Notes: generated by a model not told the origin, from the letters alone. Shown: positions 19,724-30,072, counted from the stretch's first letter. The stretch is DNA of 64,000 nucleotides from Sphingomonas bacterium (GCA_030149245.1 JASBRX010000032.1:5247-69246); one strand, 5' to 3'. Program-made: numbers and translations.

Positions 19724-20175
19724 GGTTCGATCCTGATGCTGTCGCCAATGGCAATGGTGCCGGGCGTGATGACTTTGGTAAGCGCGCCGCCGCGCCAATC
19801 GGGGGTGAGTGCGGCGCGGAGGCCATCGGCCAGCGCCTCCATCCGCTCGCACGGTTCGGTTTCGCAGGTGATTTCGAGGACGACATCGGCGCCGATGCGG
19901 AGTCGGGTGCCGGGGGTCTGGGGCAGGTCGAAATCCGCGACCAGCAGATTGGCGCGGCGCTGTTCCCAAGGGATCGAATGACCGACCTGCGCCATCGCGG
20001 CGTCCCAGTCGTTCGCTTCGATCAGGCTGACTTGGCGCTTGTACGGCTGGCCCTTCATCGCGCCGCGAAAATCGCCGCCGATGCCGCCCTCCAGCGTGAC
20101 GGTGGCGTGGTCGATCGTCTCCATCGGTCCCTTGGGGATCGCGTGGCGGGCGATGCCTGTGATGCGGCCGGTCAT
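19720..20175 (-). CDS. MOSC domain protein
   Basis: RQVSLI, RRANL, EPCERM, RGGALTKVITPGTIAIGD; ATGA overlap with pgk. Confidence 0.88.
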   Translation of the reverse strand: MTGRITGIARHAIPKGPMETIDHATVTLEGGIGGDFRGAMKGQPYKRQVSLIEANDWDAAMAQVGHSIPWEQRRANLLVADFDLPQTPGTRLRIGADVVLEITCETEPCERMEALADGLRAALTPDWRGGALTKVITPGTIAIGDSIRIEP

Positions 20176-20389
20176 GCGATCGCTCCGATTGAGCGGGTAG
20201 CGGGATACCTGTTCCGGACAACCAGGACATATTTGCGCATGTGTGAGGGCGTGTCCGGCTGACAGTTTGGCGTGCCGGTTGGGCTCGGAAGGGGGTGACG
20301 GTGCGTCATGGTTCGACCCTAACCCAAGCGAGCGGTTGTAGGAAAGCGGGTCACCCCGCCTTTGAGACGCATCGACCTTCATTTCCCAC

Positions 20390-20517
20390 TCCTCCCCCGG
20401 AGGGGGAGGTGGCAGTGCGCAGCACTGACGGAGGGGTAGTTTCGGCAAGCGGCGTAGCCAAGAGTTGAACTACCCCTCCACCAGCTTCGCTGGTCCCCCT
20501 CCCCCTCCGGGGGAGGA
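20390..20517. repeat. CCTCCCC/GGGGAGG four-hairpin intergenic element (CIR/RIME-like)
   Basis: Same architecture as copies at 29438, 37834 and 46676. Confidence 0.85.
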
Positions 20518-20526
20518 ATGAGTTGC

Positions 20527-21534
20527 TTAGCCGAGCTTTGCCATGGTGCTGGCGGTATCGACCATGCGGTTCGAGAAGCCCCATTCATTGTCGTACCAGC
20601 TGACCACGCGGACGAGCTTGCCGTCGATCACTGCGGTCTCCAGGCTGTCGATGGTCGAGCTTGCCGGGTTGTGGACGATGTCGATCGAAACCAGCGGCTC
20701 GTCGCTGAAGGCGAGCACGCCGACCAGCGGGCCGCTTTCCGACGCGGCCTTGAGGATCGCGTTGACCTCATCCTTGGTCGTGTCGCGCTTCGGCGTGAAG
20801 GTGAGGTCGATCAGCGAGCCGTCCGGCACGGGGACGCGCACCGACGAACCGTCGAGCTTGCCCTTGAGCTCCGGAAGCACCTCACCGACGGCGCGCGCGG
20901 CGCCGGTGGTGGTCGGGATCATGCTCATCGCCGCAGCGCGGGCGCGGCGCATGTCCGAGTGGATCTGGTCGAGGATCTTCTGGTCGTTGGTATAGGCGTG
21001 GATCGTGGTCATCAGGCCACGCTCGATCCCGATGCTGTCGTTCAGCACCTTGGCGACGGGCGCGAGACAGTTGGTGGTGCACGACGCGTTCGACACGATC
21101 GTGTGGCCGGCCTCAAGCTTGTCATGGTTGACGCCATAGACGACGGTCAGGTCGACATTCTTGCCGGGTGCCGAGATCAGCACCTTCTTCGCGCCGGCAT
21201 CGATATGCTTCTGCGCGCTGTCGCGGTCGGTGAAGAAGCCGGTGCATTCGAGGACGAGATCGACGCCATTAGCGGCGTGCGGCAGGTTCGCGGGATCGCG
21301 CTCCTTGGTCACCTTGATCCGCTTGCCGTCGATGATCAGGTCATCGCCGTCCGCGGACACCGTGCCGGGATAGCGACCATGCACGCTGTCGCGGCTGAAT
21401 AGCCAGGCGTTGGACTTGGCATCGGCCAGGTCGTTGATCGTGACCAGTTCCAGACCGCTATCGGGGCGCTCCAGGATCGCGCGCGCCACCAGGCGTCCGA
21501 TGCGTCCGAACCCGTTGATCGCAACCTTCGTCAT
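20527..21534 (-). CDS. gap: Glyceraldehyde-3-phosphate dehydrogenase type I
   Basis: [30 protein letters not shown]. Confidence 0.98.
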   Translation of the reverse strand: MTKVAINGFGRIGRLVARAILERPDSGLELVTINDLADAKSNAWLFSRDSVHGRYPGTVSADGDDLIIDGKRIKVTKERDPANLPHAANGVDLVLECTGFFTDRDSAQKHIDAGAKKVLISAPGKNVDLTVVYGVNHDKLEAGHTIVSNASCTTNCLAPVAKVLNDSIGIERGLMTTIHAYTNDQKILDQIHSDMRRARAAAMSMIPTTTGAARAVGEVLPELKGKLDGSSVRVPVPDGSLIDLTFTPKRDTTKDEVNAILKAASESGPLVGVLAFSDEPLVSIDIVHNPASSTIDSLETAVIDGKLVRVVSWYDNEWGFSNRMVDTASTMAKLG

Positions 21535-21544
21535 TTGTCTCTCC

Positions 21545-23509
21545 TTAAGCGGCAAGCCGTGCAATAATCTGTGGGGCGATCGCGTCGGCGGTCAGCCCGA
21601 AATGCTTGTACAGGTCGTCGGCCGGACCCGACGCGCCGAAGCCGTCGATGCCGAAGTTTAGGCCATTGAGGCCGGTGTAACGCTGCCAGCCAAAGGTGCT
21701 GCCCGCTTCGATCGACACGATCAGCGCGTCGGCGGGGAGGATGTCGGCGCGATAGGCGGCGGGCTGGGCGTCGAACGCCTCGGTGCAGGGCATGGACACG
21801 ACATCGGCACCGATCCCCTGTGCTTCAAGGGCGGTACGGACATCGGCGGCGATCTCGACCTCCGACCCGGTGGCGAGCAGCACGACCTTGCGCGCGGCCT
21901 GTGCCGACTGGAGGCGGTAGCCGCCCTTGGCGATATCGGCGACCTGCGCTTCGCCGACCAGCGGGCGGAGATTCTGGCGGGTCAGCACGAGCATCGACGG
22001 GCCGTCGGTGGTGCGCAGCGACAGATCCCATGCCGCCGCCGTCTCGACCGCATCGCACGGACGCCACACGTTGAGGTTGGGCATCGCGCGCAGGCTTTGC
22101 AGATGCTCGATCGGCTGATGGGTCGGGCCGTCTTCGCCCAGGCCGATGCTGTCATGCGTCATGACATAGACGACGCGCGCGCGCTGGAGTGCCGAGAGGC
22201 GGATCGCACCGCGCGCATAGTCGGAGAAGACGAGGAAGGTGCCGCCATAGGGGATGATCCCGCCATGCAGCGCCATGCCGTTCATCGCCGCGGCCATGCC
22301 GAATTCGCGGATGCCGTAATAGACATAGCGGCCGGCATAGTTTTCGGCCGTCAGAGGCCCGGTCGCCTTGGTCTTGGTGTTGTTCGATCCGGTGAGGTCG
22401 GCCGAGCCGCCGATCAGTTCGGGCAGGTTTTCGGTCAGCGGCTCGAGCGCCATTTCGCTCGACTTGCGGGTCGCGACCTTGGGCGGGTTGGCGAGCAAAT
22501 CGGCGATGTAACCGTCAAGGTTGAAGGTAGGCAGGTCGCCCGCCATGCGGCGCTCAAACTCGGCGCGGTCGGCATGGGCGGCAAGGCGAGCCTTCCACTC
22601 GGCGTGCGGGGCAGCGCCGCGCTTGCCCGCGTCGAGCCAGGCTGCCGCGATGTCGGCAGGGATTTCGAACGGCGGGTGGCTCCAGCCGAGCGCTTCGCGG
22701 GCGGCGGCGACTTCGTCCGCACCCAGCGGCGAGCCGTGAACCTTGCTGGTGCCGCCCTTGTTCGGGGCGCCCTTGCCGATCACCGTCTTGCAGCGGACCA
22801 GCGAGGGGCGGTCATCGGCCAGCGCGGCATCGAACGCGGCCTTGATGCTGGCCGGGTCGTGCCCGTCGCACGACACCACATGCCAGCCGGTCGCTTCGTA
22901 GCGCGCAGGGATATTCTCGCTCGACGACAGCGACACCTTGCCGTCGATGGTGATGTCATTGTCGTCCCACAGCACGATCAGGCGACCGAGCTTCAAATGC
23001 CCGGCAAGGCCGATCGCTTCGTGGTTGATGCCCTCCATCAGGCAGCCGTCACCGGCGATCACCCAGGTGCGGTGGTCGACGATGCTGTCATCGAACACGG
23101 CGTTGAGGTGGCGTTCGGCGAGCGCCATGCCGACCGCCATCGCGAGCCCCTGCCCCAGCGGGCCAGTGGTGCATTCGACGCCGGGCAGCTCGAAATTCTC
23201 GGGGTGGCCGGCGCAAGGGCTCCCGACCTTGCGGAAATTGCGGATGTCGTCGAGCGTCGGTTCGGCATAGCCGGTCAGGTGCAGCAGCGAATAGATCAGC
23301 ATCGATCCATGGCCTGCCGACAGCACGAAGCGGTCGCGGTCGGCCCATTTGGGGTCGGTCGGGTCGTATTTCAGATAATCGCTGAACAGGACGGTGGCGA
23401 CATCGGCCATGCCCATCGGCATGCCGGGATGGCCCGAATTGGCGGCCTCCACGGCGTCCATCGACAAGGCGCGAATGGCGTTGGCGCGGTCGGCGAATGA
23501 AATGGTCAC
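21545..23509 (-). CDS. tkt: Transketolase
   Basis: [33 protein letters not shown]. Confidence 0.98.
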   Translation of the reverse strand: MTISFADRANAIRALSMDAVEAANSGHPGMPMGMADVATVLFSDYLKYDPTDPKWADRDRFVLSAGHGSMLIYSLLHLTGYAEPTLDDIRNFRKVGSPCAGHPENFELPGVECTTGPLGQGLAMAVGMALAERHLNAVFDDSIVDHRTWVIAGDGCLMEGINHEAIGLAGHLKLGRLIVLWDDNDITIDGKVSLSSSENIPARYEATGWHVVSCDGHDPASIKAAFDAALADDRPSLVRCKTVIGKGAPNKGGTSKVHGSPLGADEVAAAREALGWSHPPFEIPADIAAAWLDAGKRGAAPHAEWKARLAAHADRAEFERRMAGDLPTFNLDGYIADLLANPPKVATRKSSEMALEPLTENLPELIGGSADLTGSNNTKTKATGPLTAENYAGRYVYYGIREFGMAAAMNGMALHGGIIPYGGTFLVFSDYARGAIRLSALQRARVVYVMTHDSIGLGEDGPTHQPIEHLQSLRAMPNLNVWRPCDAVETAAAWDLSLRTTDGPSMLVLTRQNLRPLVGEAQVADIAKGGYRLQSAQAARKVVLLATGSEVEIAADVRTALEAQGIGADVVSMPCTEAFDAQPAAYRADILPADALIVSIEAGSTFGWQRYTGLNGLNFGIDGFGASGPADDLYKHFGLTADAIAPQIIARLAA

Positions 23510-23655
23510 GGCATATCCCCTTTCGGGCCTGCGCGCGGTGCGTTGAGTCTCGCCACGGCCCGGCGAATCGAAGTTGGCGTGCCAATGGGGCGCGCGGGCG
23601 CAGTCGTCAACCGCGCGGGGTTGCGGCTTGGGTAAAGCCTCCCTATCCACCCGGC

Positions 23656-23841
23656 ATGGCGGATGCGGAACCCTCCGCGCTCGATCGGATCGAGCGCGCG
23701 CTTACGCGGATCGAAGCTGCGGCTGCGCGCCGTGCGTTCGACTCTGAACGTCTGCAACATCGGCACGCGGTGCTGCGCGGCAAGGTCGAGCAGGCGATCG
23801 CCGCACTCGATGGGCTAATCGACGAGGAAGGTGACGACTAG
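23656..23841 (+). CDS. Small coiled-coil protein upstream of zapA (ZauP/ZapB-like by position)
   Basis: MADAEPSALDRIERALTRIEAAA...; stop overlaps zapA start. Confidence 0.75.
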   Translation: MADAEPSALDRIERALTRIEAAAARRAFDSERLQHRHAVLRGKVEQAIAALDGLIDEEGDD

Positions 23842-24128
23842 TGGGTCAGGTCACGCTCACCATCGCCGGACGCAGCCATGCAATCGCCTGCCGCGACGGC
23901 GAGGAGCTGCACCTCGAACGGCTCGGTGCCTTGCTGGAGAAGCACACCGAAACCGCGGTGCGCGCGTCGGGTGGCCTCAGCGGCGAGCGGACGATGCTGT
24001 TCCTGGCGCTGATCCTGGCCGACCAGCTGGACGAGGCGGAACGCAATCCGCCGGGAGGCGTGTCGCCGGTGCTGCTCGACAATCTGGCGGATCGGCTGGA
24101 GGCGGTGGCGGCGGCGCTGGAGCAATAA
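23841..24128 (+). CDS. zapA: Cell division protein ZapA
   Basis: VTLTIAGRSHAIACRDGEE...MLFLALILADQL; synteny with ssrS-ygfA. Confidence 0.9.
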   Translation: MGQVTLTIAGRSHAIACRDGEELHLERLGALLEKHTETAVRASGGLSGERTMLFLALILADQLDEAERNPPGGVSPVLLDNLADRLEAVAAALEQ

Positions 24129-24184
24129 CGAAAATTGCGCAGTTTTTGTTATTGGGGTAGGAGCCTTGGCAAAGGAGTCGTCCG

Positions 24185-24436
24185 ATGAACGTATCAATCG
24201 GTGAGCGCTGGGAAGGCTTTGTCGAAGGCGTCGTGAAGTCGGGCCGCTATGGCTCGGCGAGCGAGGTCGTGCGCGAGGGATTGCGACTGGTCGAGGAGCG
24301 CGAGTCCAAACTAAGGGCATTGCGCGACACATTAAATGCCTCGGTCGAACGCGGTGGTCAGCATAGTCCCGAAGAGGTCCGTCAGTCGGTCGAGGCGGCG
24401 CTGGACGAATGGGAAACCAATCGCGCAGACCGCTAG
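24185..24436 (+). CDS. ParD-like RHH antitoxin
   Basis: MNVSIG...[22 protein letters not shown]. Confidence 0.92.
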   Translation: MNVSIGERWEGFVEGVVKSGRYGSASEVVREGLRLVEERESKLRALRDTLNASVERGGQHSPEEVRQSVEAALDEWETNRADR

Positions 24437-24757
24437 ATGCGACCGCTGACGTACACGAGTGCGGCCCGGCAGAATCTGGTCGAGATCGCCTTGGGCATCG
24501 CCGAGCGCAGCGGCAGTCGCGAAGCCGGGAGCGCATTCGCGGCGAAGCTGGAAGCGCGTTGCAAGAAACTGGCCGGGCTGCCCGGCTTGCTCGGAACCGT
24601 GCGGCCCGAACTGCGCCCCGGCATTCGATCGATCGTCCACCACAACTATCTGATCTTCTTCCACTATGTCGGTGACGGGATCGAGGTGATCAACATCCTC
24701 CCCGGGCGACGCAATCTCGATCTGCTGTTTGAGGCGAACGACCCCGATCCCCATTGA
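24437..24757 (+). CDS. ParE/RelE family toxin
   Basis: YTSAARQNLVEI...GTVRPELRPGIRS...YLIFF...IEVINIL; abuts the antitoxin. Confidence 0.9.
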   Translation: MRPLTYTSAARQNLVEIALGIAERSGSREAGSAFAAKLEARCKKLAGLPGLLGTVRPELRPGIRSIVHHNYLIFFHYVGDGIEVINILPGRRNLDLLFEANDPDPH

Positions 24758-24782
24758 TCCATCGGCTCCGCGCGCCTAAATT
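24754..24782 (+). promoter_or_regulatory. Putative sigma70 promoter of 6S RNA
   Basis: TTGATC-N17-TAAATT ending 7 nt before the RNA 5' stem. Confidence 0.6.
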
Positions 24783-24788
24783 GGCTGC

Positions 24789-24948
24789 GGCGGGTACTGC
24801 CCGGTGCGAGCTTTAGCGATTATCCCTGAGGCGATTCATCATCCATGGGGGCTGTCCCTGCTCAGACCCTGGTCTGTGGCACATGGTCCCCACCTGACGT
24901 AAACGGCGTCAGAGGATATTCAAGCACACGGCCCATGGTGGTCCCGCC
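24789..24948 (+). ncRNA. ssrS: 6S RNA
   Basis: About 160 nt closed by GGCGGG/CCCGCC; ATCCCTGA and TCAGAGGAT arms, ATTCAAG; canonical zapA-ssrS-ygfA position. Confidence 0.88.
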
Positions 24949-24998
24949 AACCGATTTTGTCAGCGAGGCCGCGGCTTCGCATCTAGCGAAGCAGAGTT

Positions 24999-25553
24999 AT
25001 GGCTGACGACAAACGCACGCTACGGGCACGGATGCGCGCGCTGCGCGACGAGTTCGCGATGACCATCGGGGGTGTGATCGAGCCGCCCCCTGCCCTGCTC
25101 GCGCGGTTCGGGCCGGGGGTTACCGTTTCATCTTACATCCCCGTCGGGAGCGAGGCCGATCCGACCGCGATTGCCTGGACCGCGCGGGAAGCGGGGTGCC
25201 GGATCGTGCTGCCGCACGTCACCAGCCGCGAGTCGCCAGTGCGCTTCTTTGCGTGGGAGCCCGAACATGCGCTGGTCGATGGGCCGCTGGGCCTGCGCCA
25301 GCCGGACGACAGCGGCGTCGAGTGCGATCCCGATATCGTGCTGACCCCCTTGCTCGCGTTCGATGCGGCGATGAACCGGCTGGGCCAGGGTGCTGGGCAT
25401 TATGACCGGGTGTTCGAGCGGCTGCCCGATGCGTGGCGGATCGGGATTGCCTGGTCAGTGCAGCAGGTCGAGGCGCTGGCCACCGACAGTTGGGACATGC
25501 CGCTGCACGGCGTCGTCACCGAGGCCGCCGCATATGGCGAGGCCGCGGCGTGA
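24999..25553 (+). CDS. ygfA: 5-formyltetrahydrofolate cyclo-ligase
   Basis: DKRTLRARMR, PLLAFD...RLGQGAGHYDR, WDMPL. Confidence 0.93.
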   Translation: MADDKRTLRARMRALRDEFAMTIGGVIEPPPALLARFGPGVTVSSYIPVGSEADPTAIAWTAREAGCRIVLPHVTSRESPVRFFAWEPEHALVDGPLGLRQPDDSGVECDPDIVLTPLLAFDAAMNRLGQGAGHYDRVFERLPDAWRIGIAWSVQQVEALATDSWDMPLHGVVTEAAAYGEAAA

Positions 25554-25768
25554 CCCCGAGCTGGCGCAAGCCCGCCGGGGCCTTCGCGATCGTCGCGCTG
25601 ATCATCATCTGGTGCGTCGCGGTGGCGAGCCTGTCGCGCATTGTCGGCGAATGGCCGGTCCTCATCCAGCTGGTCTTCTATGTCTTCACCGGGATCGTAT
25701 GGATCCTGCCGCTGAAGCCGCTGCTGCTGTGGATGGAGACCGGCCGCTGGCGCGTGCCGCGCGATTAA
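25550..25768 (+). CDS. DUF2842-like small membrane protein
   Basis: PSWRKPAG...GIVWILPLKPLLLWMETGRW; GTGA overlap. Confidence 0.8.
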   Translation: MTPSWRKPAGAFAIVALIIIWCVAVASLSRIVGEWPVLIQLVFYVFTGIVWILPLKPLLLWMETGRWRVPRD

Positions 25769-26127
25769 AGCGCCGGGACGCCGTAATAGGCGTAGACCTC
25801 TTCGCCATAGGCGCGGTCATAGGTCGGCTCTTCGCCTTCGCGATCGTAATTCGGCGCGTTTTCGAGCTTTTCGCGGCTGAGCGACACAACATAGCCGTCC
25901 TTGTCGGTGTCATAGGTCAGCGCCTGCCACGGCACGGGATAGTGGCGGTGGCCGATGCCGAGCACGCCGCCGAACGCCATCACGGCATATTCGGCGCGGC
26001 CCGAGACCTTGTCGACCATGAAACGCTCGACATGGCCGAGCTTTTCGCCGCTGGCGTCATAGACGCTGGTGCCTTCGACCCGGTCGGAAGCGATCAGGCG
26101 GTTGGGGCTGTCGATGGTGGTGTTCAT
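25765..26127 (-). CDS. PRC-barrel domain protein
   Basis: LIASDRVEGTSVY...YAVMAFGGVLGIG...PVPWQAL. Confidence 0.92.
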   Translation of the reverse strand: MNTTIDSPNRLIASDRVEGTSVYDASGEKLGHVERFMVDKVSGRAEYAVMAFGGVLGIGHRHYPVPWQALTYDTDKDGYVVSLSREKLENAPNYDREGEEPTYDRAYGEEVYAYYGVPAL

Positions 26128-26163
26128 CGCATCTCTCCTTCAGTTTCAGGGAACTACGCGACC

Positions 26164-26188
26164 AACGCATGAGCGCCGTGCTTGTGCC
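26164..26188 (-). promoter_or_regulatory. EcfG-like promoter
   Basis: Minus strand GGCAC-N16-CGTT upstream of the PRC-barrel gene. Confidence 0.5.
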
Positions 26189-26218
26189 GGACGAAATCGG
26201 GTCGTAGCAGTTGCTACC

Positions 26219-28099
26219 ATGCGTATCCTGACCCTCGCAGCCCTGCTGCTCGCCTCCGCCGCCCCCGCGCTCGCCCACGCCCAGACTGCCAAGGTGGCGC
26301 CCGTCCTGACCACGCCCGAGGCGAAGGACGTGTGGACCTATGCCCGCCCCGCCGAAGCGCGGGTGACCCATGTCGACCTCGACCTGAAGGTCGATTTCGC
26401 GAACAAGACGATCGGCGGCGTTGCCACGCTCGACATCCTTGCGGCGAAGGGTGCGAAGGAGATCGTGCTCGACACGCTCGACCTCGACATCGCGGTGGTG
26501 AGCGACGAGCGCGGGGTGAAGCTGGCGCACAAGGTCGGGCCGAGCGATCCTCAGTTGGGCGCGCCGCTGACGATCGAGCTCAACGGCACCAAGCGCATCC
26601 GCATCGTCTATCGCTCCAAGCCCGGCGCGCGCGCGCTGCAATGGCTGACGCCGGAGCAGACGCAGAGCAAGACCCTGCCCTTCCTGTTCAGCCAGGGGCA
26701 GGCGATCAACAACCGCAGCTGGATCCCGACGCAGGACAGCCCCGGCATCCGCCAGACCTGGGCGGCGACCGTGACGGTACCCGAAGGCTTCGTCCCGGTG
26801 ATGAGCGCGCAGATGCTGGACGGCGCGGAGGGCCAGCCCGCGCCGCAGGGGCGCCGCAAGTTCCGGTTCAAGATGGACAATCCGGTCCCGCCCTACCTGA
26901 TCGCGATCGCGGTCGGCGACCTCAAGTTCAAGGAAATCGGGCCGCGCAGCGGCGTGTGGGCCGAGGCGGGGATGATCGACGCGGCGGCGTCCGAATTCGC
27001 CGATGTCGAAAAGATGATCGACGCGGCGCAGGCGCTGTACGGTCCGTATCGCTGGGGCCGCTACGACATGCTCGTGCTGCCGCCGTCCTTCCCCTATGGC
27101 GGGATGGAGAACCCCAACCTCACTTTCTTTACCCCGACGATCATCACCGGGGACAAGTCGAACACCGATGTGCTGGCCCATGAGCTGGCGCATAGCTGGT
27201 CCGGCAACCTCGTCACCAATGCGACCTGGTCGGACAGCTGGCTGAACGAGGGTTTCACGACCTATTTCGAGAACCGCATCATGGAAGCGCTGTACGGCAA
27301 GGAGCGCGCGGCGATTTACACCGACCTGGATTATGCCGGGATGCTGCGCGACGTGAAGACTGCCGGCGGCGATGCGGCACCCGCGACTCGCCTGCATGGC
27401 GAACCGGGCGAGAGCGCTGGGCAGCTGGATTATCTGAAGGGCAGCATCTTTCTGCGCACGATCGAGGTAACGGTCGGGCGGAAGCGGTTCGATGCCTATC
27501 TGCGCGGCTATTTCGACCGCCACGCCTTCCAGCCGCAGACCAGCGCGGGATTCCTGGCGGATATCCGCACGCATCTGATCAAGGGCGACAAGGCTCTGGA
27601 AGCGCAGCTGCAGCTCGACCGCTGGGTGTATCAGCCGGGCGTGCCGTCGAACGCGGTGCAGGTGAAGTCGGACACGCTGGCCAAGGTCGATGCACAGCTG
27701 GCCGCGTTCAATGCAGGCGGGCCGGCGTCGGCGATCGACACGGCGGGCTGGCAGACGCAGCAGTGGCAGCGGTTGCTGGGCGGCCTGCCCCGCCAGCAGA
27801 GCGCTGCGCGGCTGGCCGAGCTGGACGCAGCGCTCAAGCTGACCAGCTCCAAGAATGCCTATGTCCAATCGGCCTGGTTCGATCTGGCGATTGCCAACCG
27901 CTACGAGCCGGTGATCCCGGCGCTGGAGGAGTATCTGACCCGCGTCGGGCGCAACCTGCTGGTGACCCCACTCTATCGTGGGCTGAAGGCGCAGGGCGAC
28001 TGGGGCGAACCGATCGCGCGGCGGATCTTCGAGAAGGCCAAGCCGGGCTATCACCCCGTAACGGTCGGCGCGGTGACGCGGATTTTGGAGACGCGCTGA
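26219..28099 (+). CDS. M1 family aminopeptidase (LTA4H-like), secreted
   Basis: GGMEN, HELAHSW-x-NEG, signal peptide. Confidence 0.94.
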   Translation: MRILTLAALLLASAAPALAHAQTAKVAPVLTTPEAKDVWTYARPAEARVTHVDLDLKVDFANKTIGGVATLDILAAKGAKEIVLDTLDLDIAVVSDERGVKLAHKVGPSDPQLGAPLTIELNGTKRIRIVYRSKPGARALQWLTPEQTQSKTLPFLFSQGQAINNRSWIPTQDSPGIRQTWAATVTVPEGFVPVMSAQMLDGAEGQPAPQGRRKFRFKMDNPVPPYLIAIAVGDLKFKEIGPRSGVWAEAGMIDAAASEFADVEKMIDAAQALYGPYRWGRYDMLVLPPSFPYGGMENPNLTFFTPTIITGDKSNTDVLAHELAHSWSGNLVTNATWSDSWLNEGFTTYFENRIMEALYGKERAAIYTDLDYAGMLRDVKTAGGDAAPATRLHGEPGESAGQLDYLKGSIFLRTIEVTVGRKRFDAYLRGYFDRHAFQPQTSAGFLADIRTHLIKGDKALEAQLQLDRWVYQPGVPSNAVQVKSDTLAKVDAQLAAFNAGGPASAIDTAGWQTQQWQRLLGGLPRQQSAARLAELDAALKLTSSKNAYVQSAWFDLAIANRYEPVIPALEEYLTRVGRNLLVTPLYRGLKAQGDWGEPIARRIFEKAKPGYHPVTVGAVTRILETR

Positions 28100-28161
28100 C
28101 CGAATCTTCACACTCGCCGCTGTAGAACTCCGTAGGAAATGATCGACGGGGTGGGGTGGGC

Positions 28162-29421
28162 ATGACGGTTGACGGCGAGACGCTGGGCGCAACGGCGCTG
28201 CGCGAGATGATTGCGTCGGCGAGCAGCACCGGCAGTTCGGACGCGATCATCGCCCGCGCATTGCAGGCGGTGCGTGCGCATCTGGGCCTGCAGGTCGCCT
28301 ATGTCTCAGAGTTCGTCGGCAATGACTCGGTGTTCCGCGTGGTCGATGCGCCGGGTCTGGAGCATCTCGCCAAGGCCGGCGACGTCCATTCGCTCGACGA
28401 TGTCTATTGCCGCCACATCCTGGCCGGGCGCCTGCCCGAGCTGATCCCCGATACCGCCGCCGAGCCGATTGCGATGGCGATGCCGATCACCGCGGCGGTT
28501 CCGATCGGCGCGCATGTCAGCGTACCGATCCGCCTGTCCGACGGGCGCACCTATGGCATGTTCTGCTGCCTTGGCCCCTTTGCAAGCCCCACGCTGAACC
28601 CCCGCGATCTGGGCATGATGCGCGCCTTTGCCGACCTTGCCGCGTTCGAGATCGAGCGCGATCTGGGCAATCGCGAGGAGGCCGCCGCGTCGCGCAGCGC
28701 GATCGAGCACGTCATCGCCGACGGGTTGATGGACATTCATTATCAGCCGATCTTCAGCCTCTCGCAGGGGCGGCCCGCCGGTTATGAAGCGCTGGCGCGG
28801 ATCAGCGTCGAGCCGTATCGTTCGCCCGACAAATGGTTCGATCAGGCGGGCCGCGTGGGGATGGGCGTCGCGTTCGAGCTGTTCGCGATCGACCGCGCGC
28901 TGCAGGGCCTGTCGCAGCTGCCCCACCACGCCTATCTGTCGGTCAATGCCAGCCCCGCGACCGCGATGTCGCCCGAGCTGCCCGCGATCCTGCGTCGCGC
29001 GCCGCTCAATCGCGTGGTGCTGGAAGTCACCGAGCATGATCGGGTTTCGGACGTCGCCGTCCTGCTCGAGCGGCTCGCCCCGCTGCGTGCGGAAGGGCTG
29101 AAGATCGCGGTGGACGATGCCGGATCGGGCTATAGCGGACTGCAGCAGATCATCCAGATGCGCCCCGATCTGGTGAAGCTCGACCGCTTCCTGATCGAGG
29201 ATATCCAGCACGATCCGGGCCGCCGCGCGCTGGCCGCCGGGCTGATGATGTTCGCACGCGATACCGGCAGCCGCTTGATCGCCGAAGGGGTCGAGCGCGA
29301 GGATGAGCTGGCGGTGCTGCGGGCGCTGGGGATCGATCTGATTCAGGGGTATCTGCTGGGGAGGCCACAGCCGATCGAGGCGATCCGGGGTGCGGCGACG
29401 GAGTTGCGGGCGGCGGGCTGA
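28162..29421 (+). CDS. GAF-EAL c-di-GMP phosphodiesterase
   Basis: N-terminal GAF; YQPI, EAL, DDAGSGYS, KLDR, AEGVE, QGY motifs intact. Confidence 0.92.
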   Translation: MTVDGETLGATALREMIASASSTGSSDAIIARALQAVRAHLGLQVAYVSEFVGNDSVFRVVDAPGLEHLAKAGDVHSLDDVYCRHILAGRLPELIPDTAAEPIAMAMPITAAVPIGAHVSVPIRLSDGRTYGMFCCLGPFASPTLNPRDLGMMRAFADLAAFEIERDLGNREEAAASRSAIEHVIADGLMDIHYQPIFSLSQGRPAGYEALARISVEPYRSPDKWFDQAGRVGMGVAFELFAIDRALQGLSQLPHHAYLSVNASPATAMSPELPAILRRAPLNRVVLEVTEHDRVSDVAVLLERLAPLRAEGLKIAVDDAGSGYSGLQQIIQMRPDLVKLDRFLIEDIQHDPGRRALAAGLMMFARDTGSRLIAEGVEREDELAVLRALGIDLIQGYLLGRPQPIEAIRGAATELRAAG

Positions 29422-29437
29422 AGGCGGCTATTTCATC

Positions 29438-29572
29438 AATCCTCCCCCGCCAGGGGGAGGTGTCAGCGCAGCTGACGGAGGGGGAGGAAGGGCATGGGAT
29501 TGAGTCGAGAGGACACGGCCGTCCTCCCCCTCCGTCGCCTTCGGCGCCACCTCCCCCTTGCGGGGGAGGATT
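29438..29572. repeat. CCTCCCC/GGGGAGG four-hairpin intergenic element
   Basis: AATCCTCCCCC...GGGGGAGGATT terminal inverted repeats with internal hairpins. Confidence 0.85.
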
Positions 29573-29590
29573 AAGCTTTGCTCGCCTACG

Positions 29591-29761
29591 CTACAGAATT
29601 CGCTTGCCCTTGGTCCGGCCGGTCAGGTGAAAGCCGAAACAGCGGTCGCAGCGATAGGGGCGTAGGGTGATGGTCGCGGCCAATGCGGCGGCTACAGCCT
29701 CCCCTTCATCCACAAACCTGCGCTTGCGACGGCAGACGCTCAGCCGCGTAGTGCGTGCCAT
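29591..29761 (-). CDS. Small basic Cys/His protein (56 aa), putative zinc finger
   Basis: MARTTRLSVCRRKRRFVDEGEAVAAALAATITLRPYRCDRCFGFHLTGRTKGKRIL. Confidence 0.7.
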   Translation of the reverse strand: MARTTRLSVCRRKRRFVDEGEAVAAALAATITLRPYRCDRCFGFHLTGRTKGKRIL

Positions 29762-30072
29762 GCCAGCCACAGCCAGCCGATGATCAGCGCGGTGCCGCCG
29801 ATCGGGGTGATCGCGCCGAGCCAGCGCGGCGCACCGAACGCCATGGCGTAGAGGGTGAACGCAAAGATCGCCGCCCCGGCGACGAACAACCAGCCCGCGC
29901 CCTTCGCACCCATCTGCGTCGCGACCAGCGCGGCGACGACATGGATCAGCTGATAGGTTGCGCCGGTGCGCAGCCATTCCGCGGCCTTGCCCTCCGCCCC
30001 ATGCGCGCCGAATGCGCCTGCGCCGACGGCGATGGCGCCGGACAGCGCGGCGAGCGCCACCAGCACGTTCAT
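29740..30072 (-). CDS. DUF423 (YgdD/TMEM256) membrane protein
   Basis: GAFGAHG, TGATYQLIH, GAITPIGG. Confidence 0.9.
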   Translation of the reverse strand: MNVLVALAALSGAIAVGAGAFGAHGAEGKAAEWLRTGATYQLIHVVAALVATQMGAKGAGWLFVAGAAIFAFTLYAMAFGAPRWLGAITPIGGTALIIGWLWLAWHALRG

